DNA of 63,862 nt from IMG/VR virus record IMGVR_UViG_3300011339_000401, positions 1 to 63,862 of that record, one strand, 5' to 3'. The first letter of the stretch is position 1, and the number at the start of each line of letters is the position of its first letter. Below are positions 1 to 7,344 of this stretch, piece by piece. Position numbers and translations under genes: made by a program. Under the pieces are notes generated by a model, which saw only the letters and a list, made by a program, of their open reading frames with translations, was not told the origin of the DNA and did not search any database. The DNA is from a virus. Taxonomy: Duplodnaviria > Caudoviricetes.

Positions 1-253
1 ATAGACATAGTAGATGCTCCGTATTTCTAACTTTGTTAGGTTTTTAGGTTGGTTAGGTTAAGTTGGCGGTTTTCCGCTGTTTTTTCTTTTATTTATAGCA
101 CAATATACTGGCTAAGTCAACCGATGAGGTCAGGCGCATGGTGGCTCTTCACTTGAACCATGCACCGTATGGGTCGCGCTTCGCTGAATTGTTGTCGCTT
201 ACCACTCGCTCCAACACATCGTCTTTGTGTGCGAACAACAGGAACTTGTTGTA
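1..253. repeat. Terminal direct repeat, left copy (circular-assembly overlap or terminal redundancy)
   Basis: 1-253 matches 63610-63862 except A127 vs T63736. Confidence 0.95.
92..120 (-). promoter_or_regulatory. Sigma70-type early promoter for the AAA/vWA operon (second copy at 63701-63729)
   Basis: Minus strand TTGACT-17bp-TATAAA with TG extension, upstream of the AAA ATPase start across the circular junction. Confidence 0.8.
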
Positions 254-1099
254 GAAGTCTGTAATAGCGTAGTCGTATACGGCGATACCCCTTTGAGGCA
301 TGTAGCTGTAACCAGATGCACCATGCGCTATATGTGCAAAGGCTTTGTAGTGCTGCTCTGGGTCATCGCTTATCATCATACCCCGCACGTTCTGCGCAAC
401 GCTGTCGGAATGTTTTCTGAATTGTATGCGCTCAGGGTAGCCTGTCTTGATACCCAAGTTTGCCAATTCCTCGTTGTTGATAGTAACAACACGCTCGACC
501 ACTCTGTCGCCTGTCCAGTGCGGCTTCTCTAGTATCTCGGTGCGAAGCTTGACCATATTACGTAGGTAGCGCGTGAAGGGTGCGTAAGACTTCCTAACTA
601 AGTTAGACTTCTCACGGTTTACCTTGTGCGTGAACGCTGGGGCTACATCACTTGTTACCCACTGGCGCGTGATTGCATCCATACGGAATACCATGTCCGT
701 GTTGAGCGGCATGATATACTCACCACTCACGGCTGTCTCCATAGGGTTAGCCTTGTAGAAGCACTTGACCCATGCGTTGTAGTCGTAGGTGCGCACATCC
801 ATACCTAGTAGCTGCCCAAGGAACTCGTGCATCCCTATGTTCGCATAGCCGCCTATGTTTATTACAATATCCCCATTGGGCCTGTAGCGCACTGCGTCTC
901 TGTGGCTATTCAACCGTATGACGATGTCCTGCGTATCCTCATCCTTGTGGATGTTCATATGCTTCTTGTTGCGGACACCCAGCGGCTTCGTGCCGTTTGC
1001 ATCTCCTCTGATAGGCTTAATCTCACTTTCCCAGCGTGCCGCTTGGTCGTAGTCGAGCAGGGTGTTGAAGCCCCATGTGCGGTATTGTCCGTATGCCAT
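149..1099 (-). CDS. Hypothetical early protein (about 316 aa)
   Basis: ORF 149..1192; start moved to MAYGQY at 1099, which follows a GAAGGAG RBS and avoids overlap with 1122..1358. Confidence 0.8.
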   Translation of the reverse strand: MAYGQYRTWGFNTLLDYDQAARWESEIKPIRGDANGTKPLGVRNKKHMNIHKDEDTQDIVIRLNSHRDAVRYRPNGDIVINIGGYANIGMHEFLGQLLGMDVRTYDYNAWVKCFYKANPMETAVSGEYIMPLNTDMVFRMDAITRQWVTSDVAPAFTHKVNREKSNLVRKSYAPFTRYLRNMVKLRTEILEKPHWTGDRVVERVVTINNEELANLGIKTGYPERIQFRKHSDSVAQNVRGMMISDDPEQHYKAFAHIAHGASGYSYMPQRGIAVYDYAITDFYNKFLLFAHKDDVLERVVSDNNSAKRDPYGAWFK

Positions 1100-1121
1100 A
1101 CTCTGTCTCCTTCTCACTTTG

Positions 1122-1358
1122 TTAGGCGTTTGCGGTTTCCCAAGCATTACGCTCGGCTGCTTGTTCGATGCGGATGCGCTCTTCGTTATCAAGCTGGATG
1201 CGGAAGTGGTCTTTGTTCAGGCCCCATAGTCCTGTCTCACGCCCATAGGTGGCTACTGCCTTACCTAGTTCTTGCTCGGTGGCACGCAGGTCTTGGCGTA
1301 GTTGGTCGTATTTGCGTAGCAGTAAGGCTGCTTTCATCTTGGTGCTCAACTCGGTCAT
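1122..1358 (-). CDS. Hypothetical coiled-coil protein
   Basis: 78-aa ORF with AAGGAGAGG RBS; ATGA overlap with the upstream gene. Confidence 0.75.
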   Translation of the reverse strand: MTELSTKMKAALLLRKYDQLRQDLRATEQELGKAVATYGRETGLWGLNKDHFRIQLDNEERIRIEQAAERNAWETANA

Positions 1359-1666
1359 GCTTCCTCTCCTTCTAACTTAGTTAGGTCTGCTGGCTTATCG
1401 TTCCACTGCTCGCAGCTACTGCACTGCCACTGTATCGGCGTAGCTGCCATAGGGTCACACCCCTCACCGCAACACTCGCATGGTGGGTGGCTTGGGTCAT
1501 ACTCGTTCATGTAGGCTTCCATCTCGCGCATGAAGAGCAAGACTTCTTCGGGCGTCACTACACCCAGTTCGGCTATCTGTTCTGGCGTAGCCTTTGGTCG
1601 GCTAGGGTTAAGGCGACGAGCGTGTTTCAAGATGTATGCGTCGAGTTCGTCTTTCCAGTCACTCAT
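1355..1666 (-). CDS. Hypothetical protein with C-terminal Zn-ribbon-like cysteines
   Basis: CECC...CSSC; TAATG coupling to the upstream gene. Confidence 0.75.
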   Translation of the reverse strand: MSDWKDELDAYILKHARRLNPSRPKATPEQIAELGVVTPEEVLLFMREMEAYMNEYDPSHPPCECCGEGCDPMAATPIQWQCSSCEQWNDKPADLTKLEGEEA

Positions 1667-1998
1667 TAGCCTTGCTCCTGCTCTAGCTTGGCGAAGACCT
1701 GCTCGACGGTCATGCCCTTCAACTCCTCTGGCACTTCGCCGCGCAAGTTTGCTTCAATCTCGGCTAGGGCGTCATGGTAGCGGTCAAGCCCTACCCAGCC
1801 TGTAGGTGCTTCGATATCCAGATGCGTATCAGCTTCTAACTTAGTTAGCTTTTGATGTGCCCAGCATTCGATGCTGCCGCCAATGTCCCATATGCAATCG
1901 GTTAGGGGTTGCACGATAAACTCGGCTAGGTCGGATATGAGGTAAGATAATCTTAGGGCTGCTTTGTATACGTATTTCATACTACGTTTCCTTCTCAC
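1666..1998 (-). CDS. Hypothetical protein (start probably MKYVYK near 1980)
   Basis: ORF in the operon; GAGAAGGA RBS before the internal ATG. Confidence 0.7.
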   Translation of the reverse strand: MRRKRSMKYVYKAALRLSYLISDLAEFIVQPLTDCIWDIGGSIECWAHQKLTKLEADTHLDIEAPTGWVGLDRYHDALAEIEANLRGEVPEELKGMTVEQVFAKLEQEQG

Positions 1999-2012
1999 TT
2001 TGTTAGGCGTTG

Positions 2013-2204
2013 CTACGCATTGTTGTATTTGGGGTTAAGCTGCTTGAGGTCTGTGAAGTTGGAGACGAGGACGTAGTTGCTCTTATTGAGTGGTGCTACG
2101 CACCGCACTACCTTCCTCGCCTCCAAGTCCCCACACACAGGACAGGTTTGGTAGCCAAGGGCTACGCGTCTCGGATTTATCTTGTCGCCACAGGGACATT
2201 TCAT
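2013..2204 (-). CDS. Small C4 zinc-finger protein, TraR/DksA-finger-like
   Basis: CPCGDKINPRR...CPVC spacing; first gene after the 2285-2313 promoter. Confidence 0.7.
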   Translation of the reverse strand: MKCPCGDKINPRRVALGYQTCPVCGDLEARKVVRCVAPLNKSNYVLVSNFTDLKQLNPKYNNA

Positions 2205-2284
2205 AGTCTGCTCTTTCTAACTTTGTTAGGTCTGGTCACTCGAAGGGATGGGGCTGAAAGCCTGACCCGTAAGTTTTTCTTTTT

Positions 2285-2313
2285 AATGTAGCACAAAAGT
2301 CTGCTTAAGTCAA
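2285..2313 (-). promoter_or_regulatory. Sigma70-type early promoter
   Basis: Minus strand TTGACT-17bp-TACATT with TG extension; flanks resemble those of the 92-120 promoter. Confidence 0.75.
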
Positions 2314-2346
2314 GCGATGTGGGCACAGGGGTGGTGAGGTAGGCGC

Positions 2347-2763
2347 GTAAGGAAATGTGGGTAATGTAAGAGAAAACGGCTATTTGTAAGGAAAGTTGGG
2401 GCATAAAACTTACAGAAGAAAATGGCGGACGCCTGCGGGTCTTGGAAGAAAAATCGGTAGTAGTGTAAGAAAGTTAATAAAAAATAATAATAATAAGGGG
2501 ATTTCTAACTTTGGCTGTGCATAGGCGAGGAGGCTCCTTCGACCAGACTTGTAAGAAAAATACCTTACAACCCTTACATTACGTACAAAGCGCAGAAATG
2601 CGTGGGTGTTTTTCTTACAGAAGGCCTGTTTTTCTTACAAAGCCAACTTTCCTTACGCAGGCGCTGGCTGTCCGCCTGTTTTGCTAGTGATAACGGCGTA
2701 TAACTAAGTTAGACAATGTCGTTCATAAAAGGTATGCTCCATCATGAACAGAATTTTCCTTAC
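2347..2763. repeat. Non-coding region with converging GTAAG/CTTAC short repeats (candidate origin or protein-binding array)
   Basis: GTAAG(G/A) copies on the left and (T/C)CTTAC copies on the right; 14-bp inverted pair 2386-2399/2643-2656; AT-rich tract near 2470-2497. Confidence 0.55.
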
Positions 2764-2790
2764 AATAGGTGGCGCTACGCCTACTAGACT

Positions 2791-2821
2791 AGTGGCTGTC
2801 CGCACGGATTTACTATCACGG
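2791..2821. repeat. 31-bp dispersed element, copy 1
   Basis: AGTGGCTGTCCGCAcGGATTTACTATCACGG; 30/31 identical to 3603-3633. Confidence 0.85.
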
Positions 2822-2890
2822 CGACGTCTAACTTTCTTAGACGTTCTCGCCTAGGTGCAGCCCAAATGGGGCATGGCCAGATTGAGGCAC

Positions 2891-2913
2891 AAAAAAGCCC
2901 GCCATAGGCGGGC
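2891..2913 (-). terminator. Rho-independent terminator (second of a tandem pair)
   Basis: GCCCGCC stem, 3-nt loop, T6 on the minus strand. Confidence 0.75.
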
Positions 2914-2925
2914 AGGATTGCGGAC

Positions 2926-2952
2926 AAAAAAAGGGGAGCTTGCGCTCCCCTT
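2926..2952 (-). terminator. Rho-independent terminator
   Basis: GGGGAGC-GCAA-GCTCCCC followed by T7 on the minus strand, just after the stop of 2957..3460. Confidence 0.85.
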
Positions 2953-2956
2953 CCCG

Positions 2957-3460
2957 TTAGTCTTGAATGTTGAGGTCGGTCAGGTCAATCCCAAGGGCCG
3001 CTAGTGCCGAACCAAGGTGCCAATTCGCTTGGGCAAGGTCGGCATCGTCTGCCCCGTCATCTGCCTTGACTGCCTTGTAAAGCTTGGTCACTTCGATTTT
3101 GAGCCGCTCCCGAATCTCACGTGGTGCATTCGCTCCCGCGCCCTTCTTTACCTTGGACTCATCGACGTAGGCCAGAACGTCACTCCAAGGCTTGTAGATA
3201 TTATACTTGGGATTGACCTTCTGCTTCTTCTCGGCAAGGATTTTGACCTCGGCCTTCTCGGCTCGAATTGACTCCCGCAAGGTGGCCATGTTGCCAGTGA
3301 GCGGCCCCTTCATCGGTATCTTCCACCAACCCTCGCCAAGCGTGGCAGTAAGCGTCTCGGAGTAGGTGCGAAGCGCACCGTAGGTGGAAGCCGTAGCAGT
3401 CATGTAGGCATTGCGGGCTTTCGATACAGGCGTGGCCTGTGCTTTTACTTTAGTAACCAT
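2957..3460 (-). CDS. Hypothetical early protein, Lys/Ala-rich
   Basis: 167-aa ORF with AAGGA RBS, its own promoter-like element and terminator. Confidence 0.85.
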   Translation of the reverse strand: MVTKVKAQATPVSKARNAYMTATASTYGALRTYSETLTATLGEGWWKIPMKGPLTGNMATLRESIRAEKAEVKILAEKKQKVNPKYNIYKPWSDVLAYVDESKVKKGAGANAPREIRERLKIEVTKLYKAVKADDGADDADLAQANWHLGSALAALGIDLTDLNIQD

Positions 3461-3516
3461 AGTAACTTGTTCCTTCTTGTGTGTGAGTGTCGTCGGGTTG
3501 TCCCTTCGACCCCTTG

Positions 3517-3545
3517 TTTGTCTTACATTTTAATCAGAGAGTCAA
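3517..3545 (-). promoter_or_regulatory. Promoter-like element TTGACT-N12-TGTAAGACAAA
   Basis: Same architecture and spacing as 3971-3999; the -10 element is non-canonical. Confidence 0.55.
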
Positions 3546-3602
3546 GAAAAATCGTGTTTTCTAACTTTGTTAGACGTTTTCACCCTGTCCGCTTGTATAT
3601 CA

Positions 3603-3633
3603 AGTGGCTGTCCGCAGGGATTTACTATCACGG
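3603..3633. repeat. 31-bp dispersed element, copy 2
   Basis: AGTGGCTGTCCGCAgGGATTTACTATCACGG. Confidence 0.85.
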
Positions 3634-3672
3634 GCCGCGTGACGCCGGATGACCTTGCGCCTCGGTTAGGTT

Positions 3673-3692
3673 GGGGGAGCTTGCGCTCCCCC
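3673..3692 (-). other. GNRA-capped 3' hairpin with the same core as the 2933-2950 terminator stem but no U-tract
   Basis: GGGGGAGC-GCAA-GCTCCCCC after the stop of 3699..3917. Confidence 0.65.
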
Positions 3693-3698
3693 CTTGGG

Positions 3699-3917
3699 TT
3701 AGGCTGGTTCGGCTTGCTTGAGCCAGCGGGTTGCTAGGTCCATCGCGGCAGCGAAGTCATTGGTCCGCCTGATGTCCGAGTGGAAGAAGGACGATACGAT
3801 GTAGTCTGCTTGCGAGGTGCTAGGATAATCTACGACGACATGTTCGTGTGGTGTGTAGAAGCTGACTGTGTTGCCTGCTGCAATGCTTGGAACGTTAGCT
3901 AGATAAACCATGCTCAT
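3699..3917 (-). CDS. Hypothetical protein, first gene of the leftward arm
   Basis: 72-aa ORF with AAGGA RBS, flanked by promoter-like element and hairpin. Confidence 0.75.
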   Translation of the reverse strand: MSMVYLANVPSIAAGNTVSFYTPHEHVVVDYPSTSQADYIVSSFFHSDIRRTNDFAAAMDLATRWLKQAEPA

Positions 3918-3970
3918 GTTTAATTCCTTGTGTGTGTGTTGTGCCGAGGGCTTGCCCCTGCGACGACCTC

Positions 3971-3999
3971 TTTGTCTTACAGATTAATCCGTATGTCAA
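3971..3999 (-). promoter_or_regulatory. Promoter-like element TTGACA-N12-TGTAAGACAAA
   Basis: Same architecture as 3517-3545. Confidence 0.55.
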
Positions 4000-4008
4000 A
4001 TTAAAAGT

Positions 4009-4387
4009 GGGGGGTGGGGGTGAAAAAGGGCTTATTCGGCGCTCCCACCGTCCCCCGACCCCCCTAAATAGACCTATGTGGTGGCGCGCTCGTATACATA
4101 TTATTATGCACATTATGTTTTGCGTTTTTAAAAAACCTTGTCATTCGACACAGGAAACACCCCCCGTCATCGTTTCAAATCAAGACCCCCCACCCCCTAT
4201 ATTTTTCGGATTTAATTCCGTCTCCCGCTACCAGTAGCGGGATTAAAAACCCTAGGTTCCTTGCGGGTTACAGGTAGTGAGGAAAATACCAATCATTTCC
4301 TGATGCCGAAAATCCGAAATTAAATCCGGAAACGGATTTTTTGTAGCTACATTAAATCTGGCGCGCACATAGAAACACCCCCCGTCA
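4009..4387. repeat. Divergent intergenic region with G/C-run inverted repeat and 16-bp direct repeat (candidate packaging region)
   Basis: G6TG5 at 4009-4020 vs C6AC5 at 4186-4197; GAAACACCCCCCGTCA at 4154-4169 and 4372-4387; lies upstream of HNH/terminase. Confidence 0.5.
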
Positions 4388-4395
4388 ATGGTACC

Positions 4396-4424
4396 TTGAC
4401 GAAAAACAGGGGCAGGGGTATAAA
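4396..4424 (+). promoter_or_regulatory. Sigma70-type rightward promoter
   Basis: TTGACG-17bp-TATAAA. Confidence 0.7.
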
Positions 4425-4429
4425 TTAAG

Positions 4430-4510
4430 CAGAACCCCGCACGCCTCTCAATGTGAACGGTTACGCGAGCCTAGTAGTGAAGCGCATCACGCGGGGTCAC
4501 TTCTTTCATT
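4430..4510 (+). ncRNA. Putative small structured RNA 1
   Basis: Begins just after a promoter; closing stem ACCCCGC (4434-4440)/GCGGGGT (4491-4497); pyrimidine-rich tail; no convincing ORF. Confidence 0.4.
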
Positions 4511-4536
4511 GACACTGTTTAGGTATATGGTATTAT
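4509..4536 (+). promoter_or_regulatory. Sigma70-type rightward promoter
   Basis: TTGACA-16bp-TATTAT with TG extension. Confidence 0.7.
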
Positions 4537-4541
4537 TCTGC

Positions 4542-4608
4542 ATCGCATTTCGACATTGCGGTCCTTTCGGGAGGGGTGGTGCTTCCTCGCAGTCACACCA
4601 CCCCTTTT
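4542..4608 (+). ncRNA. Putative small RNA 2 or attenuating leader
   Basis: Two small hairpins, then 10-bp stem AGGGGTGGTG/CACCACCCCT followed by TTT. Confidence 0.4.
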
Positions 4609-4649
4609 CCCTTCATAAATCTGCCACTTCCATGGTATACCCCCCACCC

Positions 4650-5003
4650 ATGCCTATCAACGACCCGATAAAGCAGAGGGAAGCGAGCCGTAGGCATTAC
4701 GCGAAGCATCGTGATCGAGTTATTGCTAAGGCCAAAGAGTACAGCGTCAGAACCCGCGTGCGCATACGCGCATTTATAACCGCCTACCTCAAAGCTAACC
4801 CCTGCGTAGACTGTGGGGAAACAGACGCCATCGTGCTTGAGTTCGACCATATAACAGGCAAAGACTTCAATATATCTGACGCTGCACGCAAAGGCGTGAG
4901 TATGAAAAAGCTAAAAGATGAAATCGCTAAGTGCGAAGTGCGCTGCTCTAATTGCCATCGTAGGAAGACCTACGAGCGTAGTGGTTTAACGCATAAGGAT
5001 TAA
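4650..5003 (+). CDS. HNH endonuclease
   Basis: CVDCG...LEFDH...CEVRCSNCH; start MPINDP at 4650 preferred over the TTG at 4509. Confidence 0.85.
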   Translation: MPINDPIKQREASRRHYAKHRDRVIAKAKEYSVRTRVRIRAFITAYLKANPCVDCGETDAIVLEFDHITGKDFNISDAARKGVSMKKLKDEIAKCEVRCSNCHRRKTYERSGLTHKD

Positions 5004-5011
5004 TTTCCTTC

Positions 5012-5040
5012 TTTACTCTAAGTACTAGCGTACGTATAAG
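5012..5040 (+). promoter_or_regulatory. Possible promoter for the terminase operon
   Basis: TTTACT-17bp-TATAAG. Confidence 0.45.
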
Positions 5041-5075
5041 GGCCACCTGCTCCCTCAAACCGGACGCTGCGCTAT

Positions 5076-5663
5076 ATGCCTGTGATTAAAATTGAGCCTA
5101 CTAGAGAACACCCAGTGCCCTATGACACTGCGGAGCGTAAACCCGGCTCTCTGCTTGAAGAGATCGCTATTGCGGGGAACACAGCAGAACTGCTCGTGAG
5201 TATGGGCGCTCCACTTGAGCTAGATGATGACACGGCTAAAGAAGCTAAAAAGCTTGTCGACGTAGTTAGTAATCGCCAGACCAAGAACCTGAATCAGGTA
5301 ACGACTGCTTTCGGTGCAGCGCAGTTCTTACGCCAGTATGGGCAACAACTTGCTGTTGATGCTAACGAAGTACGCGCAGCCCTTACGTTTAAGTTGATGG
5401 AAATCGCCAACTGTGGCGAGACTAAGTACGAGCTTAAGGCGCTTGAGCTTCTCGGCAAGCACAGCGACATTGGCCTGTTCACTTCCAAGTCAGAGATCAC
5501 CATCAACTACAAGAACCCCGAAGAGTTGGAAAAGGCAATCAAGGAACGCGTCAAGCGTTTGCTGAACGCAGATATCATAGATGTCACACCCCTTGGCCAG
5601 ACCATTGAAGAAGAACTGGCGATGTACACCCCGGCGTACGAAGACGGGGATGAGGACGAGTGA
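5076..5663 (+). CDS. terS: Terminase small subunit (putative)
   Basis: Position upstream of TerL; LKALELLGK motif typical of TerS. Confidence 0.7.
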   Translation: MPVIKIEPTREHPVPYDTAERKPGSLLEEIAIAGNTAELLVSMGAPLELDDDTAKEAKKLVDVVSNRQTKNLNQVTTAFGAAQFLRQYGQQLAVDANEVRAALTFKLMEIANCGETKYELKALELLGKHSDIGLFTSKSEITINYKNPEELEKAIKERVKRLLNADIIDVTPLGQTIEEELAMYTPAYEDGDEDE

Positions 5664-5827
5664 TATACATCCGCGACGAGGGCGGTACGATCCGCCAAGG
5701 TTTTAACTTCTACCCGCGCCGTTCCGGCTCTATGGGTTTTATTCTTGCTGTAGGTCGTAGCCGTTTAATGCTGCGCTATTCCAGAGTCACTGGCTGGTTT
5801 GACTGTTATGGATGGCGGGAAGCCTAA
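5660..5827 (+). CDS. Small hypothetical protein (55 aa, not in the ORF track)
   Basis: GTGA overlap with the terS stop and TAATG overlap with the terL start; VIYIRDEGG...GWREA. Confidence 0.6.
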   Translation: MIYIRDEGGTIRQGFNFYPRRSGSMGFILAVGRSRLMLRYSRVTGWFDCYGWREA

Positions 5828-7344
5828 TGGCGATATCAATGCGTGATATCAATAAAGTGCTACCCAAGCTCAGCATGGCCGAGCAGGAGAAGCTGTTGGC
5901 CCAGCTAGACAAGCTGGAAGAGCTTAAGGCTAAAAAGCTGGCGCAGGATAGGTTCCTTGGGTTTGTCAAAGAAGTTTGGCCGTCATTCATAGGGGGACGA
6001 CACCATGCCAAGATGGCAGATGCCTTTGAACGCGTTGCTCGTGGAGAGTGCAAGCGGCTCATTATTAATATGCCACCGCGACACACAAAGTCGGAGTTCG
6101 CCTCTTACCTGCTCCCTGCATGGTTCCTCGGAAAGTACCCCGGTAAAAAAATTATCCAATGCTCCCACACGGCAGAGCTTGCGGTAGGCTTCGGTCGTAA
6201 GGTTCGTAACCTTGTAGATACAGAAACTTACCATAACATTTTCCCCGACCTTTCGCTGGCCTCGGACTCTAAGGCAGCTGGCCGATGGAATACGAGCAAA
6301 GGCGGGGATTACTTTGCTATTGGTATCGGTGGTGCTGTGACCGGTAAGGGGGCTGACGTCCTCATCATTGACGATCCGCACTCCGAGCAGGAAGCTGCTA
6401 TCGCAGAAGTTAACCCTGACATCTACGACAAGACCTACGAGTGGTATACATCTGGTCCGCGTCAGCGTCTCCAGCCGGGTGGGTCCATCGTCATCGTGAT
6501 GACACGGTGGTCTAAAAGAGACCTGACTGGGCAGATACTTAAAGATGCGCTGGCCAACGACAGCATGGGTGAGTGGGAAGTCATTGAATTTCCAGCAATT
6601 CTTCCATCAGATAAGCCGTTGTGGCCTGAGTTCTGGGACTTAGAAGAACTTGAGAAAGTTAAACGCGACGTCCCTAACAGTAAGTGGATGGCGCAGTATC
6701 AGCAGAATCCCATCTCCGAGTCTGCTGCTATTGTTAAAAGAGAGTGGTGGATGGAGTGGGATAGCGACATACCACCCAAGTGCGACTTTATCTTACAAAG
6801 CTGGGATACGGCCTTCGAGAAGACGCAGCGTGCCGACTATTCGGCGTGTACGACTTGGGGTGTGTTTTACCAGCCTGACGACGCTGGCAACGAGCAAGCT
6901 AACATTATCTTACTAAATGCCTTCCGTGACCGCATGGAGTTCCCTGAACTGAAGCGGTGCGCCATCGAGGAGTATAAAGAGTGGGAACCGGACAGCGTCA
7001 TCATAGAAAAGAAGGCTTCAGGTGCGCCTTTGATCTACGAGATGAGGGCTATGGGGATACCGGTACAAGAGTTTACACCTACACGGGGGAACGACAAAAT
7101 CTCCCGTTTGAACGCTGTGAGCGACTTGTTTGCGTCTGGACGGGTATGGGCACCTGCCTCTCGGTGGGCAGAAGAAGTGATTGATGAAGTAGCTGAGTTT
7201 CCTGCCGGTACTCACGATGACTATGTCGATACTGTATCTATGGCGTTGCACCGCTTCCGTAGAGGCGGATATATTACGACTAACCTAGACGAGCCAGACG
7301 AAATCAAGTATTTCAAGAGCAATCGCAATCAGGGATATTACTAA
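5827..7344 (+). CDS. terL: Terminase large subunit
   Basis: MPPRHTKS Walker A, IIDDP Walker B, MTRW coupling motif, nuclease WDTA...DYSA...HDDYVD; start at TAATG 5827. Confidence 0.97.
   Translation: MAISMRDINKVLPKLSMAEQEKLLAQLDKLEELKAKKLAQDRFLGFVKEVWPSFIGGRHHAKMADAFERVARGECKRLIINMPPRHTKSEFASYLLPAWFLGKYPGKKIIQCSHTAELAVGFGRKVRNLVDTETYHNIFPDLSLASDSKAAGRWNTSKGGDYFAIGIGGAVTGKGADVLIIDDPHSEQEAAIAEVNPDIYDKTYEWYTSGPRQRLQPGGSIVIVMTRWSKRDLTGQILKDALANDSMGEWEVIEFPAILPSDKPLWPEFWDLEELEKVKRDVPNSKWMAQYQQNPISESAAIVKREWWMEWDSDIPPKCDFILQSWDTAFEKTQRADYSACTTWGVFYQPDDAGNEQANIILLNAFRDRMEFPELKRCAIEEYKEWEPDSVIIEKKASGAPLIYEMRAMGIPVQEFTPTRGNDKISRLNAVSDLFASGRVWAPASRWAEEVIDEVAEFPAGTHDDYVDTVSMALHRFRRGGYITTNLDEPDEIKYFKSNRNQGYY

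Larger units (their letters stand above)
27..3573. promoter_or_regulatory. Dispersed palindromic operator-like sites CTAAC-N3-GTTAG (left part)
   Basis: Perfect copies at 27-39, 594-606, 1372-1384, 1836-1848, 2217-2229, 3561-3573; one-mismatch copies at 1113-1125, 1994-2006, 2700-2712, 2828-2840. Confidence 0.8.

Noticed and set aside
2665-2684. Sigma54 promoter (TGGC...TTGC)
   Set aside because: GG-to-GC spacing is 15 nt rather than the required 10.
27-3573. CTAAC-N3-GTTAG repeats as a CRISPR array or attC-like cassette sites
   Set aside because: Only 13 bp, irregularly spaced, often intragenic; no cas or integrase genes.
4430-4510. tRNA gene
   Set aside because: No T-loop GTTCRA, D-arm or cloverleaf.
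4572-4608. HDV-like/theta ribozyme suggested by TCCTCGC
   Set aside because: P3 pairing is poor and the P1.1 GG and P4 elements are missing; a simple stem-loop fits better.
4509-4649. N-terminal extension of the HNH ORF from TTG 4509
   Set aside because: The TTG is the -35 box of a promoter and the region holds RNA hairpins; ATG 4650 is more plausible.
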